Shown here: positions 28,445-36,356 of the stretch, piece by piece | Position numbering within the stretch: position 1 is the stretch's first letter | Layout of the letters: each line of letters opens with the position of its first letter | From: an uncultured Cryomorphaceae bacterium | GTDB taxonomy: Bacteria; Bacteroidota; Bacteroidia; Flavobacteriales_D; SKUL01 | DNA: 64,000 nt | Assembly (NCBI GenBank): GCA_964487545.1 | Contig: CAZARI010000002.1 | Span: 65,755 to 129,754 of the forward strand | Direction of reading: 5' to 3' | Made by a program: the position numbers and the translations under genes | The notes under the pieces: generated by a model | Seen by the model: only the letters and a program-made list of their open reading frames with translations | Databases searched by the model: none | Told to the model about the DNA's origin: nothing

Positions 28445-28822
28445 TTAGAATCGACTACTCATCGATTTTGAATTGCCCAGTTGAGGGGTTCTGGGGCGCA
28501 GCCCTTCGTCTTCATCATCGCTATCATCGTTGATGAGTCCGTTGCCGTTATCGTCGTCCGTATTGTCATCGGAATCGGAGCCATCGCAGGCAGCCGATGA
28601 GTTGCCATCGTTGTTTCCGGAAGTGGAATCGCCGGCATTGTATGATCTGGTGGAAAGAGCACCTTCTCCGCGATCGACATTGTCACTTGCACGGTATTCA
28701 GTAGGATTGCTCTGTTGGAAATTATCATCTGAACGTAAATCGTTCAGCTCATCCTTCTGACAACCTGATAGAACGATCAGGGTGAAAAAAATAACCGATA
28801 ATGTTGGAATCCACTTCATCAT
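28445..28822 (-). CDS. Small acidic D/N/S-rich lipoprotein with an EF-hand/dockerin-like loop
   Basis: 125 aa. Lipobox 'LIVLSGC'. Low-complexity acidic core 'CDGSDSDDNTDDDNGNGLINDDSDDEDEG', in which 'DDNGNGLINDDSD' approximates a D-x-N-x-N-G-x-I calcium-binding loop. It starts 55 nt downstream of the kinase gene. Confidence 0.65.
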   Translation of the reverse strand: MMKWIPTLSVIFFTLIVLSGCQKDELNDLRSDDNFQQSNPTEYRASDNVDRGEGALSTRSYNAGDSTSGNNDGNSSAACDGSDSDDNTDDDNGNGLINDDSDDEDEGLRPRTPQLGNSKSMSSRF

Positions 28823-28877
28823 TTTGCTGCTGTCAACTAAAGCCGGAAGTCAAACATACACATAGTTTACTGAATAA

Positions 28878-31800
28878 TCAAGCGCTGAGGCCATTTTGCA
28901 CTTCACTTTTTAGCGGAAATGTAATTTCTACTACGGTGCCTTGTGTGGTCTCATCGATTGTTTGCCGATCGTAGGGTCCTTCAATTTTAAAGTTCTGGTC
29001 CGTCATTTTGCGAAAAAGCTCAATGCGGTTTTGATTAATTTGCATCCCTTGAGGAACGTGTAGATTATTGTTTTCCTGACGCATTTTTTTACTCTCTTCA
29101 ATGCCGATACCGTTGTCTTCAATTTTTATCACAACATCATCGTGTTGAAGCTTTACAGAAACCGTAATGAAGCCGGGAGCTTTCATGGGCAAAATTCCAT
29201 GCCATATACTGTTTTCGAGATAAGGTTGAAACAACATAGTTGGAATCTGAACCGTATTGGTATCGATGGATGGATCCACGTGAATAGAATAAGTGAACTT
29301 ATCGGGAAACCGCATGTTCTCAAGCGATAGATACAATTCAATTCGCTCGATTTCTTCTTCCAAAGTGGTAAAGTTTGATTGCGAACTGTCCAGATTTTTA
29401 CGGATTAGACGCGCAAAACTCGAAAGGTATTTGTTGGCCGAAAGCTTATCTTGGCGATTGATGTAATACTGGATGGAATTCAACGCGTTAAAGATGAAGT
29501 GACGGTTCATACTAGAATTCAGTGTTTGTTGCTCGAGCGCAAGCATTCTCGAGGTGTAAACCAGTTGCTGCGTTCTGCGTTTTCGCTCTTCGTTTTTGAG
29601 CAGACTAAATATCAGAAACCAAATCATCAGGATTGCAGCAAAAGCCGACAAAACCATAAACCACCAAGTGAGATAAAATGGAGGTAATATGGTAAACTCA
29701 AATGAAGCAAAACGACCTGAAGGGGAATCGCCTACAATATGTGCGCGAACTTTAAAAGTATAAGCCCCGTGGGGTAACGAGGCGTAGGTAGTGAAGTTGG
29801 TCGCCGTTTCGGGCGACCAGTTCTCATCCACTCCTTCGAGCATATATTGGTACACCACCTTTGCGGGATTTGAAAAATAGAGGCCAACAAAATCAAAAGT
29901 CAGGTGATTGTTGTGGGGTTGCAGCTCAAGATTTATAGGCAAACCTGTATGAATGTCAATGCTGTCGGAATATTCGCGCCAGTTTTTGTCTTCCAGAATG
30001 AGCCGGATACTATTAATTAATACGAGTGGGTAGTGCTTTTCTGAATCGAGTACATCCGTTTCGCTGTTAAAGCGAATGACGCCTTCGGTGGTTCCGAACC
30101 AGAGCTGTTCATTTTGGTCAAAAAACACAGCGTTTTGGTTGCACTCCAAGCTGGCCAGCCCTTCCTGATCGGTAAAACGCTTTGACCGCACCACGCCGCT
30201 CCTATTATATGCATTGACATCAAGGACAAACAACCCATTGTTAGTGCCGATATACAGGTGATTATTTTTTGCTTGCTGCAGAAAGTTGATGGTGTTCGAT
30301 CCAAACCCACCGCTAAAAGCCACATGGTGCAATGAATCATTAGCCAATGCAAACAAACCACTTTTCGTGCCGACCCAGATTCTGCCGTGGTGATCCTGCA
30401 GCCCATTGTAAACAACTGTGTTTTTGCGGGCTTCGGGAATTTCGTATATCCGATAGCCTTCATCAGTTTTGCGGATTAATCCGTTTTCGGCCCCAAACCA
30501 AATGTCTCCATCGGCGGTTTCGAAAATTCCTCGAACCCGGGTGCCTGGAAATGGTTGCAGCTCCTCGGGCGTCAAAAACCGGTCATTCTCAAAAACGGCA
30601 ATACCATTCACTACCCCAAACCAAATTCGCCCGGACTTATCTTCGTGTATGGCTGTAACACGTTCGAAATAGTGATCAGGTGCAGCACCCATAAAATGCG
30701 TAAATGTGCCGTTCTCATACCTACTGACACCGATATTGGTTCCAAACCATGTGCGGCCTTGCATGTCGCTGTGCAGACACCATATTGTGTTGTGGAGCAG
30801 GCCGTTTTCGGCGGTAAACCAATGGGTGGTGTCTTGCAGCATCAAACAGGCGCCATTGTCGTACGAGCCCAGCCACATGCTGCCATCAGCGTTGCGGTGA
30901 ATGGCCATCACAATGTCGCTGATCAATCCGTCGCTCTTTGAATAGGTCACAAAGTTTTCACCAGTAAATCGAAATACACCTTTGCCGTCGGTGCCGATCC
31001 AAAGGTTTTCCTCGCGATCGATAAACAGGGTTTTGATGTTATCGTAATTGAGCCCGATATTGGTGTTGAATGTGGGTTGGCCGTCGGGGGTAACTTTATT
31101 GAGACCTGAGCGAGAGGCCACCCAAAGATAGCCCGAAGAATCAACGGCAATTTCACGGACAAAATTATTCTGCAGCCCCTGTTGTTCGGTGATGTTGAGT
31201 ATGCCTGATTCATTGAGTAGAAAAATTCCTTCGCCAAAGGTGGACAGCCAAATGTTGTTGTTGCTGCTCAGAACAATATCGCTGACGCTAACCTTATCGA
31301 GCAATACTTGTCGATCGCTTTTGAAGTCGGTGCCCGATAATTTGTAAAGACCAGAGCGCGACCCGATGAGAAAGTCGCCCTTTGGCGTTTTGAGAATTTT
31401 CCTAATCATTTCTGTGTCTGGGAAAGCGGAGACTGGGTGATACGCTCCACTGGCTGGTGAAAACAGTAATAGTCCCGCGCCATTGGTGGCAATCAGAAAG
31501 TCGCCCGAATCGGTTTCGACGATGTCACTAACCATAAATGAGCTGATCGCCTCTGGCAACGGAAAGGAGGTAAAGATGGTGCCACTGAAAACCGAAATTC
31601 CCCCGGCACAGCCAAACCATAAGTGTTTATCTGAAGCCGAAAAAATGCAATTCACTTGATTGTCAATCAGACCATGTTCTGTAGAAAAGTTGGTGTAGCG
31701 CGTTCCGTCAAATCGACTCAATCCGCCCATGGTTGCAAACCAGAGATAGCCATGGTGGTCCTGTGCGATGTCGCGCACCTGGCTTTGCGCCAGACCTTCC

Positions 31801-32021
31801 TCAATACTGTGATGAATAAAACTGAACTGCTGCGCCGAAAGCGGATGGATGGCCAAAGTGATGAATATCCCAAACACCTGTAAATGTCGGCGCCAGACAA
31901 GCAGTATGTTCTTAGAAGCTGGCAATGTGCTCAAGGAATTCGGGAAGCTTTCTGCGTGATACGGGCACAGATGTGTTGTCCGACAAGATAGCAAAATTTC
32001 CGTCTGTCCTGCTGAAGGCAT
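28878..32021 (-). CDS. Sensor histidine kinase with a periplasmic double beta-propeller, Y_Y_Y domain, TM helix and LytS-type His_kinase/HATPase (start uncertain)
   Basis: About 12 Reg_prop blades ('LWFATMGGLSRF', 'LWIGTDGKGVFRF', 'IWVGTKSGLFAL', 'LWFGTTEGVIRF' and others). Y_Y_Y 'HGAYTFKVRAHIV', TM 'LTWWFMVLSAFAAILMIWFLIF', 'MNRHFIFNALNSIQYYI' and 'LENSIWHGI...IEDNGIGIE'. The ATG at 32021 overlaps the upstream regulator by 110 nt. GTG at 31877 (MFGIFITLAIHPLSAQQ) is the more likely start. Confidence 0.85.
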   Translation of the reverse strand: MPSAGQTEILLSCRTTHLCPYHAESFPNSLSTLPASKNILLVWRRHLQVFGIFITLAIHPLSAQQFSFIHHSIEEGLAQSQVRDIAQDHHGYLWFATMGGLSRFDGTRYTNFSTEHGLIDNQVNCIFSASDKHLWFGCAGGISVFSGTIFTSFPLPEAISSFMVSDIVETDSGDFLIATNGAGLLLFSPASGAYHPVSAFPDTEMIRKILKTPKGDFLIGSRSGLYKLSGTDFKSDRQVLLDKVSVSDIVLSSNNNIWLSTFGEGIFLLNESGILNITEQQGLQNNFVREIAVDSSGYLWVASRSGLNKVTPDGQPTFNTNIGLNYDNIKTLFIDREENLWIGTDGKGVFRFTGENFVTYSKSDGLISDIVMAIHRNADGSMWLGSYDNGACLMLQDTTHWFTAENGLLHNTIWCLHSDMQGRTWFGTNIGVSRYENGTFTHFMGAAPDHYFERVTAIHEDKSGRIWFGVVNGIAVFENDRFLTPEELQPFPGTRVRGIFETADGDIWFGAENGLIRKTDEGYRIYEIPEARKNTVVYNGLQDHHGRIWVGTKSGLFALANDSLHHVAFSGGFGSNTINFLQQAKNNHLYIGTNNGLFVLDVNAYNRSGVVRSKRFTDQEGLASLECNQNAVFFDQNEQLWFGTTEGVIRFNSETDVLDSEKHYPLVLINSIRLILEDKNWREYSDSIDIHTGLPINLELQPHNNHLTFDFVGLYFSNPAKVVYQYMLEGVDENWSPETATNFTTYASLPHGAYTFKVRAHIVGDSPSGRFASFEFTILPPFYLTWWFMVLSAFAAILMIWFLIFSLLKNEERKRRTQQLVYTSRMLALEQQTLNSSMNRHFIFNALNSIQYYINRQDKLSANKYLSSFARLIRKNLDSSQSNFTTLEEEIERIELYLSLENMRFPDKFTYSIHVDPSIDTNTVQIPTMLFQPYLENSIWHGILPMKAPGFITVSVKLQHDDVVIKIEDNGIGIEESKKMRQENNNLHVPQGMQINQNRIELFRKMTDQNFKIEGPYDRQTIDETTQGTVVEITFPLKSEVQNGLSA

Positions 32022-32676
32022 TCAGGTGATGCATGGTGTTGATGATGTGAGATTTATGGGTTCTGAAAAACATCTGTTTGTTGAGGTTGTGCTCGTAAAC
32101 TTTAATGTTTTTACTACTCATAAACCGCCGGCCATCGGCCAGATATATATTGGTATAACTGTCTGAAGCTTCCAGCCGGATGATGTCTTTGTTTTTGATG
32201 ATAACATACCCGTCGCGTGTAGGAATGGATGTTTTTTCGCTATCGGGAAACAGGCTAAAATCCTTGAGCATGTTTTGCAGGGATTGTTCTTTATCCAGAT
32301 TGGTTGCGCCCGTTGCGTGCAGCTTCAGCAATTTTTGGGTGGTTTTCTGCAAATCTTCAACGCTTATAGGCTTTTCGAGATAGTCGATGGCGTCGGCACG
32401 AAAGGCCTTAAGCGCAAATTCGTTATGTGCGGTGGTGAATACAACGGAAAACGTCCGGTTGGGAAGCGACTGGAGAAAGGAAAAACCATCCTCGCGCGGC
32501 ATTTTAATGTCGAGGAAAACCACATCCACCTGTTGTTCTTCAAGAAAGCTTCTGGCCTCTTCGGCAGAATTGGCCGTACCGCTAACCGTAATTTCAGGAC
32601 AAAACTCTTCGATCATCATTTGGAGGTTGCTGGCGGCATTGAATTCGTCATCAACTATAAGTGCGCGTAATTTCAT
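31912..32676 (-). CDS. LytTR-family response regulator (copy 2)
   Basis: 254 aa. Receiver 'ALIVDDE...DVVFLDIKMPREDG' and C-terminal LytTR 'FFRTHKSHIIN'. Confidence 0.9.
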   Translation of the reverse strand: MKLRALIVDDEFNAASNLQMMIEEFCPEITVSGTANSAEEARSFLEEQQVDVVFLDIKMPREDGFSFLQSLPNRTFSVVFTTAHNEFALKAFRADAIDYLEKPISVEDLQKTTQKLLKLHATGATNLDKEQSLQNMLKDFSLFPDSEKTSIPTRDGYVIIKNKDIIRLEASDSYTNIYLADGRRFMSSKNIKVYEHNLNKQMFFRTHKSHIINTMHHLNAFSRTDGNFAILSDNTSVPVSRRKLPEFLEHIASF

Positions 32677-32679
32677 TGC

Positions 32680-32701
32680 TTAACATATTATTTGATGTTA
32701 A
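32680..32701. promoter_or_regulatory. Inverted repeat TTAACAT-N8-ATGTTAA abutting the regulator-2 start codon
   Basis: Perfect 7-bp arms, 4 nt upstream of the ATG at 32676, within the 104-bp spacer between the two LytTR regulator genes. Confidence 0.3.
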
Positions 32702-32780
32702 GTTAACGACAAACCAGCGGCTTTGATGGGTGTTGACGGCCAACGGTTGCAATCAATGAGTGAAAGGTGATTCTGAGTGA

Positions 32781-33563
32781 TTAAGCGGCGCCAATGAATT
32801 GCAGAAAATCATGTAGCCGTTTCTTGCTTACCGGAATTTTCTGGCCATCTGTCATCATCAACCAGACTCCGTTGGTGCGAATCACTTCAACAATATGTGC
32901 GGTATTGATAAGGTGCGATCGATGCACCCTGAAAAAGGTAATGTTGGGCAATAGATGGGCATAGGTCTTTAATGTGCGGGTATCTAAAAACCGCGAGCCA
33001 TCGGTCAGATAAATCATCGAGCAATTTCCATCGGCAGAAACCGCAACGATTTCGGCAGGCTTTAAAATTCTTATGCCGCGACTGTGATGAACAGAAATTC
33101 GTTGCTGATTCAGCACCATGTGTTGTAGCGCCACCTCCATGTCACGGCGGTAGGATTGATAATGAGCGGGTGTTGTTTTGAATCGCAAAGACTGCCCAAC
33201 TAACTTTTCCTCTGCTCTTATCAATTCGTCAATGTCAATGGGTTTCATCAGATAGTGAACGGCATCCGCATTAAAAGCGGCCAAAGCGTAATCCCTAAAA
33301 GCAGTGACAAAAACCACCAGAAATTTTTGGTCGTCCACTTGGCGTAGCAGATCAAAGCCCTCGGCACCAGACGGCATTCTGATGTCCAAAAAAACCACAT
33401 CTGGTTGAATTGACTCAATCAGTTCGCGCCCCTGTTCCACGCCATCGGCTTTTCCTACGACTTCGATGCGCGGACAAAATTCTTTAATCAGCATGGCCAG
33501 GTTTTCTCGGGCGTTTTGCTCGTCGTCTACGATGATGGCCCTGAGTTTTTCGACGCTTTTCAT
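32781..33563 (-). CDS. LytTR-family response regulator (copy 1)
   Basis: 260 aa. Receiver 'AIIVDDEQNA...DVVFLDIRMPSG' and C-terminal LytTR 'FFRVHRSHLIN'. Confidence 0.9.
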   Translation of the reverse strand: MKSVEKLRAIIVDDEQNARENLAMLIKEFCPRIEVVGKADGVEQGRELIESIQPDVVFLDIRMPSGAEGFDLLRQVDDQKFLVVFVTAFRDYALAAFNADAVHYLMKPIDIDELIRAEEKLVGQSLRFKTTPAHYQSYRRDMEVALQHMVLNQQRISVHHSRGIRILKPAEIVAVSADGNCSMIYLTDGSRFLDTRTLKTYAHLLPNITFFRVHRSHLINTAHIVEVIRTNGVWLMMTDGQKIPVSKKRLHDFLQFIGAA

Positions 33564-33918
33564 TGAATAGATGCTTTATGATGAGGGAACACAGGGTTAA
33601 AACTAAAAGTTTTCCTTTTCGCAGTGGCAAAATGGCTCATAGTTCGGGTTGAAAATCTACACAATCATGAATCGTAGTCCACACTATTGTGCCGTTACTC
33701 CAGCTTAATGAGCGTTATTTTTAATCATGGCCTATGTGCGGCGAAGTATGACTACAACAGAAAGTTAAAGGACTGAATACAGACTCAAGTTGATGCGATT
33801 GAATGTTTTTCGACCCCCTTAAAACCTGTTTGGTCTAAATTTTTTAGCAGTATCGAAACCCCAAAGCGGGTTGTCCGTAAGATCGGCATATAACTTGGTA
33901 AAAATACTTTCCCATAAT

Positions 33919-34191
33919 ATGAACATGATAAAGAATCAACAACTCACCGACTATCGAAATCGCTTGCGGGTAAATCTTGAAAACAGAGATATTCTCACTG
34001 TCAACTATACACCATCAACCGATCGCACCTTATATGACGTGTGCGACCTGAACGGTAGAATCCTACTCACTGGTGAAATTAAAAACGATGTAACTCATGT
34101 AGAGATCACCGATCTATATCCCGACCAGTATATTTTACTGGTTCTGGACGGTGACAAGGTGTGCAGCACAAAGTTTTCGCTCGAAGATTAA
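33919..34191 (+). CDS. Orphan 90-aa protein resembling a stand-alone T9SS C-terminal (CTD-like) beta-sandwich
   Basis: From ATG 33919 (the track starts at TTG 33871). 'LYDVCDLNGRILLTGEIKNDVTHVEITDLYPDQYILLVLDGDKVCSTKFSL' parallels the CTD of the 3081-5066 protein ('VVLTDLSGRMVRHF...FDVTGLSSGQYLLMLSDGKKPVSLRV'). No signal peptide, no passenger domain and no YPNP motif. Confidence 0.5.
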   Translation: MNMIKNQQLTDYRNRLRVNLENRDILTVNYTPSTDRTLYDVCDLNGRILLTGEIKNDVTHVEITDLYPDQYILLVLDGDKVCSTKFSLED

Positions 34192-34200
34192 CGACCCAAT

Positions 34201-35490
34201 TTATTCATTCATCAATCTTTCTATTTCGTCGGCCTCAAGTGGAATATTTTCCATTAGGTCGACGAAACCGTTTTCAGTAATCAGGATATTGTTTTCCAAT
34301 CTTATTCCCAACCCTTCTTCGCGAATATAAATCCCCGGTTCCACGGTAAATACATTCCCGGCCTGAATCGGCTTATTCCACAGCCCAACATCATGCACAT
34401 CTAACCCCAGAAAGTGGCTCGTGCCGTGCATGAAATACCTTTTGTAAGCAGGCCAAGAAGGATCCTGATTGTCGATGTCTGATTGTTTCAGCAAGCCCAG
34501 TTTCAACAACTGCTCTTCCATTAGGGTGCCAACCTGCTGGTGATAATCATTGAGATACACCCCGGGCCGCAGCAACTTCATGGCTTCTTTCATTACGTGA
34601 AGCACAGCGCTGTACACTTCTTTTTGGCGTGGCGAGAACTTTCCATTCACCGGCACACAGCGGGTCATGTCAGAGGCGTAATTGCCGTATTCGGCACCGA
34701 CATCCATCAGAATGACATCACCGTCGTTGCATTGTTGATTGTTTTGGACATAGTGTAGAACGCAGGCATTGGCACCAGAGGCCACTATCGGATCATAGGC
34801 AAAACCTCGGGAGCGGTTCATCAAAAACTCGTGTGCGAGCTCGGCCTCTATTTCAAACTCATATACGCCGGGTTTGATCATTTTCAACAGCCGGCGAAAT
34901 CCCTTTTCTGTGATGTTGCACGCGCGCTGAATTTGCGCTACTTCTTCCGCAGTTTTTACAGCCCGCAAGGTGTGCATGATGGGTGCGCTGCGTTCGTAGC
35001 GATGCAGCGGAAAGGTCTTTCTGAGCCATTTCGAAAAACGGTCATCGAGGGTTTCCACTAAACTGACAGATCGCGTGTGTTCATTGCTATTAAGATAAAC
35101 CACCTCGGCTTCGGCCATCAAAGTGTTCAGCACGCTTTGGAGCTGATCATTCCACATCACGGTTTGAATGCCTGTTAGTGATCTGGCCTGCTCTTTGGTA
35201 AATTTCGCGCCTTCCCAAATGGCAATCTCCTCGCTGGTTTCTTTCAAAAAAAGAATTTCGCGCATCTGTTTATTGTGGGCCTCCGGAAAGAGCAATAAGG
35301 TTGTATTCTCCTGATCTACTCCACATAAATACAGCAAGTCGTTGTTTTGGCGAAACGGAAAAGTCCCGTCCGCATTGGTGGGCATAATGTCGTTGGAGTT
35401 GAATATAGCCAACGCGCCCGGGGCAAGCTTTTCCTTAAAATTTCTGCGGTGTTTGATGTAGGTTTCTTGGCTTAAAGGAGAATACTTCAT
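34201..35490 (-). CDS. Xaa-Pro aminopeptidase (M24B, aminopeptidase P family)
   Basis: 429 aa. Metal-ligand motifs 'DVGAEYGNYASDMTR', 'HGTSHFLGLDVHD' and 'FTVEPGIY'. Confidence 0.9.
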   Translation of the reverse strand: MKYSPLSQETYIKHRRNFKEKLAPGALAIFNSNDIMPTNADGTFPFRQNNDLLYLCGVDQENTTLLLFPEAHNKQMREILFLKETSEEIAIWEGAKFTKEQARSLTGIQTVMWNDQLQSVLNTLMAEAEVVYLNSNEHTRSVSLVETLDDRFSKWLRKTFPLHRYERSAPIMHTLRAVKTAEEVAQIQRACNITEKGFRRLLKMIKPGVYEFEIEAELAHEFLMNRSRGFAYDPIVASGANACVLHYVQNNQQCNDGDVILMDVGAEYGNYASDMTRCVPVNGKFSPRQKEVYSAVLHVMKEAMKLLRPGVYLNDYHQQVGTLMEEQLLKLGLLKQSDIDNQDPSWPAYKRYFMHGTSHFLGLDVHDVGLWNKPIQAGNVFTVEPGIYIREEGLGIRLENNILITENGFVDLMENIPLEADEIERLMNE

Positions 35491-35602
35491 TTTTTAAATA
35501 CATTTGTGAATATGCAAAGGTAAATATACACGCTCGTTACTCAACATTATTTAGATTGCGTCTAAATATGGTGATTTTGAGGATGCGCTATTTTACATCC
35601 AT

Positions 35603-35610
35603 TAGCTTTG
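35603..35610 (+). promoter_or_regulatory. -7 box (TAGCTTTG) of the sdhCAB promoter
   Basis: TAnnTTTG match 41 nt upstream of ATG 35652, with a TTG 23 nt upstream. It lies inside the track's extended ORF, which supports the shorter sdhC start. Confidence 0.45.
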
Positions 35611-35651
35611 CACTTATTAAGATTAAGACTAATCAGGATACAACGCGAAAC

Positions 35652-36338
35652 ATGAGTACATCAAAGTCCGGAAACAATTGGGCGTCCATTACCCGAAAAG
35701 TAGCAATGGCATTGTCGGGGTTTTTCTTGCTGGTTTTTTTGCTGCAGCACGTTGCTATCAATTTTCTATCGGTTATCAACCCCGAAATTTTTAACATTAC
35801 CTCCCATTTTATGGGGACCAACCCCTTGGTTCAATATGGGCTTCAGCCGGTGTTGACTTTTGCGGTGGTCTTTCATATCGCCTTGGGGGTGGTGCTCGAA
35901 ATCCGCAACCGCAGCAAGCGTCCAATATCGTACGCTTACAGTAAGCCTTCGGCCAATTCTACCTGGATGAGCCGGAATATGATAATTACCGGAATCATGG
36001 TGTTGTTGTTTATGGGACTACACTACTATGACTTCTGGTTTCCAGAGTTGAAACTCAAGTTTGTAGACGGCGATATGTCTGGTCTTAACGCCGCTGGAGA
36101 AATGCGGTATTTCGAAGAACTTCAGCACAAATTTCAGGATCCAATCAGGGTGATAATCTACATTCTATCGTTTATTTTCCTCGGCTTGCACCTAACCCAC
36201 GGATTCCAGTCGGCTTTTCAGTCGGTGGGGCTTAATCACAAGCGATATACGCCGATAATTAAAAGCGTGTCGCGCATTTATGCTGTGGTGGTGCCGCTTG
36301 GATTTACGGTGATTGCGCTTTATCATTTTCTGGCTTAA
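35652..36338 (+). CDS. sdhC: Succinate dehydrogenase/fumarate reductase cytochrome b subunit (b558 type)
   Basis: 228 aa from ATG 35652. Five TM helices with conserved His residues ('LLQHVAINF', 'FHIALGV', 'GLHYYDFW', 'GLHLTHGF'). Directly precedes sdhA. Confidence 0.85.
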   Translation: MSTSKSGNNWASITRKVAMALSGFFLLVFLLQHVAINFLSVINPEIFNITSHFMGTNPLVQYGLQPVLTFAVVFHIALGVVLEIRNRSKRPISYAYSKPSANSTWMSRNMIITGIMVLLFMGLHYYDFWFPELKLKFVDGDMSGLNAAGEMRYFEELQHKFQDPIRVIIYILSFIFLGLHLTHGFQSAFQSVGLNHKRYTPIIKSVSRIYAVVVPLGFTVIALYHFLA

Positions 36339-36356
36339 TCGACATTTAGTAACACA

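Noticed and set aside
28459-28760. Alternative-frame ORFs (28459-28728 minus strand, 28530-28760 plus strand) overlapping the acidic lipoprotein gene.
   Set aside because: They are artefacts of the GAT/GAC/AAC-rich low-complexity sequence. Only the 28445-28822 frame has a lipoprotein signal peptide and a sensible start.
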